Origin: a bacterium
GTDB lineage: Bacteria > Zhuqueibacterota > Zhuqueibacteria > Residuimicrobiales > Krinioviventaceae
NCBI GenBank assembly: GCA_963693055.1
Contig: OY843751.1
Coordinates: forward strand, 4,096,001-4,160,000
Reading direction: 5' to 3'
DNA length: 64,000 nucleotides
Each line of letters begins with the position of its first letter. The first letter of the stretch is position 1. The notes below the pieces were generated by a model, which saw only the letters and a program-made list of their open reading frames with translations, searched no databases and was not told where the DNA came from. Made by a program: the position numbers and the translations under genes. Positions 51,593 to 61,496 of the stretch are shown piece after piece.

Positions 51593-52400
51593 TCCCGAGA
51601 TCCTGACTGTTATCCAACATATTAAATCAATCACAGAAAAAATAAACATTCCGTTTTTCATTGTTGGAGCAATTGCAAGGGATTTTATCTTTAAATATTG
51701 GCAAATTGAATCCCCAAGAATGACTATGGACATAGATATTGCCATCCGTATACCCAATTGGGACCGGTTTCACGAGTTAGAGAAAGCATTCCTGGAATCA
51801 GATGTTTTTGTAAAAGATAGAGAATCCCAACGGTTTCTCTATAATAATTTTATTGTGGATATAATTCCCTTTGGTGACATTGCAAAGGACCAGGTCATCA
51901 ACTGGCCACCGGATTTTAATATTGCAATGTCAGTTGTAGGATTTGATCAGGCATGGGACTATTCAAGTATCGTCAGATTAAATAATGAACCTGAACTGGA
52001 TGTTCGCATTCCAACACTTCCGGGAATGGCATTAATGAAACTCCTCTCCTGGCATACGGCATACCCTGAACGGAATAAGGATGCAAAGGATTTCTGGTTC
52101 ATTATGAATCATTATGAATTTGCAGGCATTGCGGACAGATTGTATAAAACTGAATTCTCTTTATTTGAAAAAGAAGATTATAACCTTCAACATGCAGGAT
52201 ATGTTCTGCTAGGTAAAGATATTGCAGCTATATGTAATAAAGAAACAAAAGCGTTGGTCAAACAAATCCTGGCAGATGAAACCGACCAAAATTCAAGCAA
52301 CAAATTGATTTTACAAATGCTTACTCCTCAGGATCAATTTGAAAAAATATTAAAGGGCCTTGAAAAATTAGAAACCGGATTTAATAGCCAGATTAATTAA
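51555..52400 (+). CDS. AbiEii/AbiGii-family nucleotidyltransferase toxin
   Basis: 'FFIVGAIARD', 'RMTMDIDIA', 'VDIIPFG', 'LMKLLSW', 'KDAKD'; overlaps the antitoxin gene. Confidence 0.85.
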   Translation: MTSTSFNLSGKIDPEILTVIQHIKSITEKINIPFFIVGAIARDFIFKYWQIESPRMTMDIDIAIRIPNWDRFHELEKAFLESDVFVKDRESQRFLYNNFIVDIIPFGDIAKDQVINWPPDFNIAMSVVGFDQAWDYSSIVRLNNEPELDVRIPTLPGMALMKLLSWHTAYPERNKDAKDFWFIMNHYEFAGIADRLYKTEFSLFEKEDYNLQHAGYVLLGKDIAAICNKETKALVKQILADETDQNSSNKLILQMLTPQDQFEKILKGLEKLETGFNSQIN

Positions 52401-52569
52401 CATATGAATATCCCCCTCTTTTCGTACACCCTGCAAAACGTGAATACTTTTACCTGCCAAATCTCACATCAATTCGCAATCATTCTGACAACAATCATTT
52501 TGTTATAAAAAAAAACAGGATGCAAATTATCAGCACCCTGCTTTTCTTGTTGGAACCATGATGTTTCAA

Positions 52570-55500
52570 TTATTTAAATTCAACCGGAATGCGTTTAACA
52601 GGCAAAACTTCATTGCTTGTTTCGGTAGATTTACCTGCTTTTTCAGCCTTGAGCAATGGCCGTTCATCAGGATCTGATGTAATATATATTTTTTCAATTT
52701 CAATTTTTTTTCCAATTACATCAAGTCCAACCGTATTAATACCTGGTTCAAGCTGAACATCACCCATACTGTACCATCTAAAATAACGGTGGTGCCCTTC
52801 ATTTTTCCGGGCCTTGATCCACAATTGACAATTCAGATTTGATTGTGTGTCTATTGCAAACTCTTGTCTGGTTGTATCTGTATTCTCGATTTCTCTTGCA
52901 ACTGACTGTCCGCCATAAATAAATAATTCCTGCTTGTCTGCCAGGCTAAAAATCGGTTTACGCCAGGATGCCGGCACAAACGGACCGTCCAATACGGTTT
53001 CGCTCTTGCCCCATGCATTTACCGCGGTAATGGATATATAAACCGGTTTTTCATTATCCAGATTCTGGATAATTGCTTGATTTACCGTGCCCAGGGCCAA
53101 TTTATTAGCCATTCGTGTTCTTTCGGTCCCCCATTTCAATTCATAACCGGTTGCTTTTTCTGAAGGATTGAAATTCACAACCAGCATTCCATTCCAATTC
53201 TCAACAGTTGTAATCTCGGGTTTACCCGGTATTTCTTTATCAAATGCATTGGGGGACAACTCAGCCACCATCTCTTTTGACTGACCGCCATTCACTTTAA
53301 CAGAATATCTTTTTTCTCCCCGTTTGTCATGGATCTTTATCTTGATCAAATGCTGGTCCTGGTCATACGTCCAGCCTTGCTGCGTAGAGATAAAATCACT
53401 CATTTCAACCTGAGGTACTGTTTTATCATTTACAGTAACAGAGCCGGGTTCGTCTCCAAACAATACAACTCCAAATTTTTGCTCGGGTTTTGTGATATTT
53501 AAAATCATATTTTCTTTATCTCGTTTTGCAAGGATACTGACAGATTTACCTTCTTCCCGTAAATCAAACCGGGTATCTTTACAATCGTACAGCATGAAAC
53601 ACAATCGCAATAATTCTTTTTCCGACTGATCAAATGCGCCGCCAACATCCATGGTTTCGTTCAATGCCAGCGGAACTATGGAATTCGATTTAATAAAGAC
53701 CGGAATCCGGTTCAAGGGACAGGTATAATCAATCTCTTGCTCTCCTTCAAACCGTTCATATGTCCAAAAATCCACCCACTCACCGTTGGGTAAATATATA
53801 TTTCGTGAAAATCCAGGCTCCAATACAGGTGCAACCAGCATTTCTTCACCCAGCATATATTCATCATCAATATCTTTGGTTGCAGTATCTTGGGGATAAT
53901 GCAGAAACAGGGTCCGCATCAATGGCAGCCCGTTTTCGTTTGCCTGTATCAAATAGTGATACAAATACGGTAACAGATTATATCTCACCCTGGCATAAAA
54001 TCGATAATTGTCCCAGCCATAAGGGTCCTGCTCCCACGGTGCAGGCGCACTGCCATGGTCATGAAACGATGGCCCGAATGTGGAATACTGTACACCGCGG
54101 ATATAAACCTCTCGGTCATGTTCGTCATTACCGCCCCTGTATCCCGCTATATCATGACCAATCAGCGGCACTCCACAGATAGAAATCGCTAACGATGCGT
54201 CAACAGTTCCCTTGAGCTGCTGAAAATTCCTTCCGCGGTCTCCACCCCAACAATAGCCCGCCTTTTGCAATCCCAGTCCACCACCGCGTATCCAGATAAC
54301 GCCGCCATCCGGTTTAATACTCTGTATCCAGTTATATATTTCTTCTCCAAAAATAACCGCATGCAGATTGGTTATACCTTTTACCGGTTTATGCAATAAT
54401 TTAGGATCATAATCCCGGGGAAACATTTCACTAAAATCAACTTTGATTCCATCCAGGTTCTTGTGTTCCGGTACAGACCGGTCACCTTGACCTGTCAAAT
54501 ATTCCGCATACAGGTTTTCCTTCCACCAATCCATAGCTTCAGGATTTGTGACATCCAGATAAACAGAGTTCATCCGTACCCCACCTATAGCAAAAGTGCT
54601 GTCCGTGCGTCTTACAAAATATTCAGGTTTGCCCTCTTTAATTTCAGGACTCTTGGGTGCTACTTGTCCCGTAGGTGACCAAAAAACGGTCTTAATCCCA
54701 ATTCCATGCCACTTGTCTACAAGATCGTTCATACCGAGCTCAAAATCGCGGTTAAACATGGTCCTAACACCTTCCCACAAAATGATTCCCAGTGGAAACT
54801 TTTCCCGCATTAGCATATCAATATCCGCATCAGTATAGGCGGTATTATTCCACCCTGTCATTCTGCGTCGGCTCAACCAGGTACCCAGCGACCATCGGGG
54901 GATAACCGGTGTACGCCCGGTAAATGCAGTATTCTGCTCAATTACTTTTAATGGATCAGGATTGCAATACACAAACACATTCATTTCCGAGTCTGGTACC
55001 TCTATGGTGTAGCGATCATTTGCCAGATCACCCATGTGAAACACTACCGGCAAACCGGTATTTACCAGCAAACCAAAGCGCTTTGATGAAAGAAAAAACG
55101 GAATGGATTTATACGTTCCGCCATCAACCGACATATATGCATCAGAGATAATCATATCTACACGTTTTCCACGCTGGTCCAAACCGTCAAACTTTTCACC
55201 AAATCCATAAACACTTTCAGTAGAATCCAGCGCACTGCTAAAACCAATGGTTCGCAAACTGTCCTGATCTACCCACTCTATTCCATCCAGTGTATTGAAA
55301 ATAATTTCACCATCTCGTTCAATTGCAATATCTAATGGCGATTTATCAATAATTACTTTAATGTCACCGCTCAAAAGTACCAAAGTACTGTCAAAATCAT
55401 TCCATTGAAATTTATTCAACTCTGCATAAACTGACTCTTGTTTCTCTATGCCGGCTTGAATGTTTACAACATCTCGATATGGGAACGCAATACGAACGTT

Positions 55501-55680
55501 CAATTCCTGACCAGTTTCATGATCTAAACCGCTGATTTCAAAAATATTACCATGTGCAGTAAATTGATTCACCTGAAATGGATTTTTTGTTTGCTCAATT
55601 TCATCTGCTATTGCAGAACTGAAAATAATTAAAGAAACCATAGAAATAATAAATGAGAATCTGTGGTAACTCAAAAACAT
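52570..55680 (-). CDS. GH31 alpha-glycosidase (YicI/alpha-xylosidase-like) with a C-terminal FN3-like domain
   Basis: 'YGFGEKF', 'YKSIPFFLS', nucleophile 'DGIKVDFSE', 'WGGD', 'GHDIAGY', 'RYNLLPYLY', 'YMLGEEMLVAPV'. Confidence 0.92.
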   Translation of the reverse strand: MFLSYHRFSFIISMVSLIIFSSAIADEIEQTKNPFQVNQFTAHGNIFEISGLDHETGQELNVRIAFPYRDVVNIQAGIEKQESVYAELNKFQWNDFDSTLVLLSGDIKVIIDKSPLDIAIERDGEIIFNTLDGIEWVDQDSLRTIGFSSALDSTESVYGFGEKFDGLDQRGKRVDMIISDAYMSVDGGTYKSIPFFLSSKRFGLLVNTGLPVVFHMGDLANDRYTIEVPDSEMNVFVYCNPDPLKVIEQNTAFTGRTPVIPRWSLGTWLSRRRMTGWNNTAYTDADIDMLMREKFPLGIILWEGVRTMFNRDFELGMNDLVDKWHGIGIKTVFWSPTGQVAPKSPEIKEGKPEYFVRRTDSTFAIGGVRMNSVYLDVTNPEAMDWWKENLYAEYLTGQGDRSVPEHKNLDGIKVDFSEMFPRDYDPKLLHKPVKGITNLHAVIFGEEIYNWIQSIKPDGGVIWIRGGGLGLQKAGYCWGGDRGRNFQQLKGTVDASLAISICGVPLIGHDIAGYRGGNDEHDREVYIRGVQYSTFGPSFHDHGSAPAPWEQDPYGWDNYRFYARVRYNLLPYLYHYLIQANENGLPLMRTLFLHYPQDTATKDIDDEYMLGEEMLVAPVLEPGFSRNIYLPNGEWVDFWTYERFEGEQEIDYTCPLNRIPVFIKSNSIVPLALNETMDVGGAFDQSEKELLRLCFMLYDCKDTRFDLREEGKSVSILAKRDKENMILNITKPEQKFGVVLFGDEPGSVTVNDKTVPQVEMSDFISTQQGWTYDQDQHLIKIKIHDKRGEKRYSVKVNGGQSKEMVAELSPNAFDKEIPGKPEITTVENWNGMLVVNFNPSEKATGYELKWGTERTRMANKLALGTVNQAIIQNLDNEKPVYISITAVNAWGKSETVLDGPFVPASWRKPIFSLADKQELFIYGGQSVAREIENTDTTRQEFAIDTQSNLNCQLWIKARKNEGHHRYFRWYSMGDVQLEPGINTVGLDVIGKKIEIEKIYITSDPDERPLLKAEKAGKSTETSNEVLPVKRIPVEFK

Positions 55681-55863
55681 AAAGTGACTCCTTGATGGAA
55701 TTTATAAATTGGTCATACATTTATATCTGACGTTATAGATAAAATAATGTGGCAATATGCCACACCTTTCAAAATAAAGTCTTTCACAGCAATTTCCAAG
55801 GGAAAAACCAAAATTTACAATCTAATACAATTAGGAAAAAAATCAGTTCTCACTAGAAAAAAA

Positions 55864-56652
55864 TTAAATGCGGATTGCGCGGGTAGCTATAAAACAATCA
55901 ATATTTCCATACAGAGGGTTCTCATCATCATGGTGCGGGTCTTCATAAAATCCATCAATCACAAAACCGGCCCTAATCTGTTCCCCAATCTGATCTGTCA
56001 GGGTATGACCAAATTCAAAGGCATGCCCCTCTCTGGCATATAACTCTTTTTGTTCAGATGTTAGGGTTTCCAGATCAGAATAAGGAATTTTCTGCACCTT
56101 TGTCAAATCCATTTCCCACTCGGGCGCGGTTTCTGCAAACAAATACAATATGGGATTACAAAATCCCGCCATCAAGATCCCCCCTTTACGCAAGACACGT
56201 GCACACTCTATCCAGACCGGCTTTACGTCGGCAACAAAACAGTTCGAAACCGGATGAAAAATAATATCAAAGGATGCATCCGCAAACGCACTCAGCTCCG
56301 CCATATCTCCCATGATTGTGGAAATCTCCAAACCTTCACGTTCAGCTACCATTTCGTCCTGCCCAAGCTGTTTGGGAGAAAGATCATATACCGTCACTTT
56401 TGCCCCTGCTGCCGCAAAAACAGGCCCCTGCTGCCCACCTGCACTCGCAAGGCATAGAACATCTTTGCCCTGAATATCTCCAAACCATTCCCGCGGTACG
56501 GGTGTTTGCGGAGTCAACACAACCTCCCATTTACCCTTGCGGGCATCTGCAATTACCTGCGGTGATACCGGTTGGGTCCATCGGTTTTCCAGTCGTACAT
56601 AGGTATCCCAGGTTTTCTGATTGTGTTTTAAATAAGAGGCATCATTACTCAT
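55864..56652 (-). CDS. Class I SAM-dependent methyltransferase
   Basis: 'VLCLASAGGQQG', 'VYDLS', 'GDMAEL', 'FDIIFHPVSN', 'RVLRKGG'. Confidence 0.9.
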   Translation of the reverse strand: MSNDASYLKHNQKTWDTYVRLENRWTQPVSPQVIADARKGKWEVVLTPQTPVPREWFGDIQGKDVLCLASAGGQQGPVFAAAGAKVTVYDLSPKQLGQDEMVAEREGLEISTIMGDMAELSAFADASFDIIFHPVSNCFVADVKPVWIECARVLRKGGILMAGFCNPILYLFAETAPEWEMDLTKVQKIPYSDLETLTSEQKELYAREGHAFEFGHTLTDQIGEQIRAGFVIDGFYEDPHHDDENPLYGNIDCFIATRAIRI

Positions 56653-57239
56653 CGTTCTCTATGCTCCCGTTGTAAGATCATTTCAACAAACTGAGGATAC
56701 GCCATGGAATATTTGCCCATAAAAAATTCTCTTTTGGGAAAACGAATCAATTGAGATTTTCGTACAAATGCAGACTCTGCTTCTCTTCCCTGTCCGGTGC
56801 CCTCTAACCCAAAGCTCCACCAATGCTGGTCCCCAATAGTAATACCACTCAATTCCAGTTGATACCCGGCATGTCCCTCTGCTTCCGGCACAATCAACAA
56901 TAATCTTCTTTTATGGATATCCAGCCATTTCTGAGAAGCTCCAACCATCTGCTCATAATCCGTCCCGGCATCAAGCTTGAAACTCCATTTTGTCCATGTA
57001 TCCACCAATCCTGATGTATAGGGCCCCAAATCCTGCACACCTAATTCCTTTTGCCGCTCCTTGATTTCGATAAATCCGTCACGCAGTTTGATACTCATGT
57101 CCTCGCTGCCTGTGCAAAAATATCGATCAGTCCGCTCTTCAATCAACGGCATCTCTTGCGACATGGTCGCAAACCATTCCGTAATTTCTGAGGGAATACT
57201 GCCTTCCAAAAACCAACGTACTTCAATAGTAGAATACAT
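56649..57239 (-). CDS. CYTH-like (triphosphate tunnel) domain protein
   Basis: 'IEVRWF', 'RTDRY', 'IKLRDG.IEIK', 'IHKRR'; ATG at 57239; coupled to the methyltransferase gene. Confidence 0.65.
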   Translation of the reverse strand: MYSTIEVRWFLEGSIPSEITEWFATMSQEMPLIEERTDRYFCTGSEDMSIKLRDGFIEIKERQKELGVQDLGPYTSGLVDTWTKWSFKLDAGTDYEQMVGASQKWLDIHKRRLLLIVPEAEGHAGYQLELSGITIGDQHWWSFGLEGTGQGREAESAFVRKSQLIRFPKREFFMGKYSMAYPQFVEMILQREHRER

Positions 57240-57321
57240 AAACCCACCTGCTGGATTCACAAACATTTCACTATACATAAATATTCAAGAATTTGCAAGC
57301 AGAAATTTAGTTTTCAATACA

Positions 57322-57354
57322 TAAAAAAAGCCGAGCCATAATCGGCCCGACTTT
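57322..57354 (-). terminator. Intrinsic terminator after DUF4956
   Basis: Minus strand: gtcgggcc...ggctcggc followed by T7. Confidence 0.65.
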
Positions 57355-57388
57355 CTCATCATGGGGGGTATGAAATATAAATAATATT

Positions 57389-58079
57389 CTAGTTATCAGT
57401 AAGATTTTCTCCATAAACCAGGCTAACCCGTTCAATCCCTTCCAATGCACTCAGGTCCTGAACCAACTCCTGGTGTCCGACATTTTTACGAAATCGGATA
57501 TTAAAGGTCAATTCTAAAAACTCTCCCAATCTTGCAGATCGGATATTTACCAGTGAATGTACGGTCAGATATTGCTTAAACACATCCATATACACAGACT
57601 CATCAGAGTGTTGGGGAATAGACCAGAAACGCAGTACCATCTCTTCCTGCACAGCAGTGCCATATTTGGTAAAATGCAATACCACAACAAATAACACAAC
57701 ACTCACACATCCAATAATGCCAATCACATGGTTTCCTGATCCCGCTGCCATTCCCGCGGCAAGCGAGAAAAACACAAACGCGATATCTATGGAATCTTTA
57801 ACCGCAGTTCTAAACCGGATTATCGACATGGCACCCACAAGCCCAAAGGCCCGCGCAAGATTGTTGCCTATAACCATAATCACAATCGTTGTTACCATGG
57901 TGATAATAATCAACGTATTTACAAACGTGACCGAATACGCGGTATCCTTTATATGTCAGCTTGTAAACCAGTGTTATCAACAATCCCAAACATAACGATA
58001 AAGCAATGTTGAAAATCACATCAAAAATAGTTATTGTAGCGCTGTCTGCCAACAGGCTGTTAAATACCAATTCCTGCAC
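57389..58079 (-). pseudogene. DUF4956-family membrane protein, frameshifted
   Basis: GTG start at 58079; 'GNNLARAFGLVGAMSIIRFRTAVKD'; one extra base near 57941 breaks 'YKGY-AYSVTFV'. Confidence 0.8.
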
Positions 58080-58664
58080 TATAGGTCCCTTAATTATTAT
58101 TAAAATGTCCTTCAATCCCCATAGAATATTTCGATATGGACTCGGGACGCACCTGAATCTCTTGCACCAAACGCCTCATCCATTTGGGCATAAATTCATC
58201 AAATTTCAATTCCAAAATACAGCTCTTGTCTGTAGCCGGCATCAAACATTCGTTGGTAAATAGATCCGTTAAACGTGGAGCATAAAGTGTTCTCACATTA
58301 TAATCTATGGTTAAACGAACACGTTCATTGTACATATCCATATAAGCGTTACGGTCATATAATACCAACAGCAAGGGTTCTAAATTATAAGAAACCAGGT
58401 TAAAAACAAACCGGTCAAGAAATATATCGTTTCCATTCGTAATTCTGTAATTTGTATAAAATCAAATGGCGAGTTTACAATATCATCCAGACTGCAAATT
58501 TGAAATTTTGAACGCTCTTTAACAACATTATTATTGTATCTGCGTTTTATTTTCAAAAATCCAATACTATCTTGCTGATACTCATTAAAAATACGTATGC
58601 GCAATGTCTTTCTAACTTTTAATCCATCTGCTTTTTCATAATAAAAATCAAGTTGTAGAGTTTC

Positions 58665-60095
58665 CAGGGTACCCCCGATTTTTTTATTCGAGGGCTAAAA
58701 ACAATTGGTTTTTGTCACCGGCATGATTATTACACTTTAATTTTCTGAGCTTTATATTGGGTAAAATGATCCTTAATGCCTTTGCCAGTTTATAATAAAC
58801 AAACCCAATAAACTCGTTTAATTTCCTTCTATACACCAACGGAGCTTGAGATTGATCTAAAATATGTAAACAAATATTATCCAAATGACAATAGATAAAA
58901 CTCATGACATTCCAAAACAGGGCATTAAAATTTTTTAGCGCAACATACCTTTTAAGGCAAATGTCTTCAAGATGATAATCATTTTTTATTTGACGATGTA
59001 CCTCTTCAATTTTCCACCGGTAACCATAGCCTTCCATGGTAATCTCTATGGCCTCACGTTCAGTCTCTGCCGGTATAAAGCTTAAAAACCAGCTTTTGCC
59101 TTTGCCAGGTTCAGTGACTGAAATCAGCCATAATCCGGTATCCATTGGGCCATCCCCATACTGCTTTGGCAGATATACTTTACGGGCACCGCATTGAAAA
59201 CATCGCTTTATCAGCCTGTTCCGGCGTTTTTTCTGCACGGTAATTTCAGTACTGGGACGGATTTTTTCGGCATATTTCTTTAAATTCTTCTTTACTCCTT
59301 GAACAAATATATCCCGGTACCCGGTTTGCCGTATTATAAAGTGTTGTTTTTGCTTAATCCATTTGTTCATCAGTTTGCTACGATCACCTCCGCGATCATA
59401 AACAACTATCTGTTCTCCATGAATATGTTCTCGAATCGTGTCCACGGATTCGAGGATTTTCTTGTTCTCTGAAATACCTTTGCCTTCTTCCTGATCCGTC
59501 GCCCAAAGCGTACTCACCAGCGGCATGATGGATGTTCCGGTTTTATCAACTCCAATGATATTCAGTTGCCAATATCCATTTCCCAGTTCTTTGGTGCTGC
59601 CATCATAAACACGATCAAGCCCTTCCATCTTTTCCGCATAAGGCTTTATTATATCACTCATATCTGCTATCAAATATCTGGAATCTGAAAATCTCCTCTT
59701 ATTTATTTTCAGATGACTAATGGTTAATTCTCTGTCAAATCCTGGTCGGCCCAGATGGTTTGACATTCGTTCTGTTGTCTTTTTTAGGCTCGTCTCTTCC
59801 TTTAGGGTTGATGCGATTTTATTTAAATGTACATGTCCCGAGCATAATATCCCATAATGCATGTCTCTGATAAATTTATAGTCCGGTCGGTTGAATTCTG
59901 CTTGATATTTCGCTGTCACTTGATTAAGTTTTACTTGGACTCGTTTTGTGATGTCCATGGGTTGCCTCCTATATTATGGTCTGTCAACTATAATGAGGCA
60001 ACCTTTTTTTATTTTTACAAGCTTTTTTTGCTTCTATCTCCATTATTTTTTATTACTTACAGTAATATGATTTGTGATTTTTCGGGGGTGTCCTG
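58665..60095 (-). mobile_element. Complete IS4-family insertion sequence (1431 bp)
   Basis: TIRs cagggtacccccga / caggacacccccga (12/14); perfect 10-bp TSD GTAGAGTTTC at 58655-58664 and 60096-60105. Confidence 0.93.
58684..59958 (-). CDS. IS4-family DDE transposase
   Basis: 'LIADMSDI', 'VVYDRGGD', 'FIIR', YREK-type 'YGYRWKIEEVHRQIK'. Confidence 0.9.
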   Translation of the reverse strand: MDITKRVQVKLNQVTAKYQAEFNRPDYKFIRDMHYGILCSGHVHLNKIASTLKEETSLKKTTERMSNHLGRPGFDRELTISHLKINKRRFSDSRYLIADMSDIIKPYAEKMEGLDRVYDGSTKELGNGYWQLNIIGVDKTGTSIMPLVSTLWATDQEEGKGISENKKILESVDTIREHIHGEQIVVYDRGGDRSKLMNKWIKQKQHFIIRQTGYRDIFVQGVKKNLKKYAEKIRPSTEITVQKKRRNRLIKRCFQCGARKVYLPKQYGDGPMDTGLWLISVTEPGKGKSWFLSFIPAETEREAIEITMEGYGYRWKIEEVHRQIKNDYHLEDICLKRYVALKNFNALFWNVMSFIYCHLDNICLHILDQSQAPLVYRRKLNEFIGFVYYKLAKALRIILPNIKLRKLKCNNHAGDKNQLFLALE

Positions 60096-60291
60096 GTAGA
60101 GTTTCAAAATAAAGGCTGCGCAAAAGATATCGGTTATCCGGAACGTTAACCGCATGGAGATCCAGTTCAACATATGGCTCAATAAACGCTTATAGCGCAC
60201 CAATACGCTCTCTGGGAACATAATATTTGATCTCAAATCTGGATATGTGATTTACATTTCCTGCCATTGCATTGTCCTCAACTCATATTAA

Positions 60292-61421
60292 TCATTTTAA
60301 AAACGCCAGTTTTCGATATTTATAATTATTCCAATGGCTTGTCATTTGCTTATATAATGATGATTCTCCATAATGGATCCTGGCATATCCTGTTGAACCA
60401 TTGAATAATATGTTGTTTGTATTCGCAAGTTTACAGTAAACAAAAAACATGTTTTGACCATTAATAAAATAAGCCTGGTTCCCAACACAAACAATCCCGT
60501 CCTCTAACTGTTCATAATGCGAATGAGGCAAAATAATCTCAACTTTTTGTCCGGATTTTAATTGATGCAAATATTCCTCAGTTACAGGTATTTGTACAAT
60601 CAGGGTATCAATCTTGCTGATCTGGCAAATAACACCCGCCTCATTGCAATCCCCAACAATACCGAAAATTGGCGTAACAAGCGCTTCTGCTTTTTTCTTG
60701 CTCAAAAGCAATCCCAATTGAGCTAAAAGTCCTGCCAACTCTTTTTTACATAATCGATCTGTTCCTGTTTTTCTCCGGATTCGGCTGCTTTTAATCTGGC
60801 CTTTTGTAATGAAACATTGATCTTGTAGAGATTGTTTTCAGCTTCCGCAAGTTCCAGATCTTGCTGGCTGATCAGATTTCTCTCCAACAGCTCTTTTTTA
60901 CGATCAAATTGTGGTTAGTGCGCTTCAAGTTGGGCCTGGGCGTAAAGCAAAGCTTGCTTTGCTTCTTCTCTGACTTCTTTTTTCTCTCCGGTTGATAACA
61001 ATTCCAATTCCGCCTGCACCGTTTCAATTTCTGCTTTCAGAGATTCAAAACAATATGCATCCTCTTGTGAATGGATATTGGCAACAATCTGCCCGGCATC
61101 AAGATATCTGCCAACAGCTATATTAGGCTCAACCTCAAACCGGATCAAATCCGGACGACTGAAATGATAACAGTCGAATCGCTCAAGGGTCTTCTTGTCA
61201 TTCCGCTTAAATTCCACATAAACCTTTTCCGGATCGTCAACATGAACAGACCATTCAGCCTGGCTTACAAATCGACAGGGGAATTTGACAGTATGACGAG
61301 TTGTAATAAATCCTGATAAAATAAAAAGAATAATTACAACGATGGATAACGTGATGATGGTATATTTCTTTCTCAAGTGAACACCGCATATTATTAGAGT
61401 ATATCTATCTTCTTTTCCCAT
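60292..61421 (-). pseudogene. HlyD-family periplasmic adaptor, disrupted
   Basis: Coiled-coil hairpin ('TGEKKE', 'LISQQDLE', 'SGEKQE') and 'TPIFGIV'; TAA near 60916 and a frameshift at the A-run near 60745. Confidence 0.75.
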
Positions 61422-61458
61422 TAGAAAATAATGAATACGGTTTCATTCCTACCCCTAT

Positions 61459-61489
61459 AAAAAAAAGGCCGGTATTTAAAATACCGGCC
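61459..61489 (-). terminator. Intrinsic terminator
   Basis: ggccggtatt/aataccggcc stem followed by T8 on the minus strand. Confidence 0.8.
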
Positions 61490-61496
61490 CGTTCTC

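Larger units (their letters stand above)
58090..60267 (-). pseudogene. VTC / polyphosphate-polymerase-domain gene, IS-interrupted and degraded
   Basis: 'SRFEIKY', 'RSLYFET|LQLDFYYEK.DG...R..LRIR', 'RVRLTID', 'ILELKF', 'SISKY'; TAA at 60190-60192, IS at 58665-60095, frameshift near 58450. Confidence 0.85.

Noticed and set aside
60190-60918. Stop-codon readthrough or alternative genetic code in VTC and HlyD
   Set aside because: Both stops are TAA, the same genes also carry frameshifts, and TAA terminates normal genes throughout the window.
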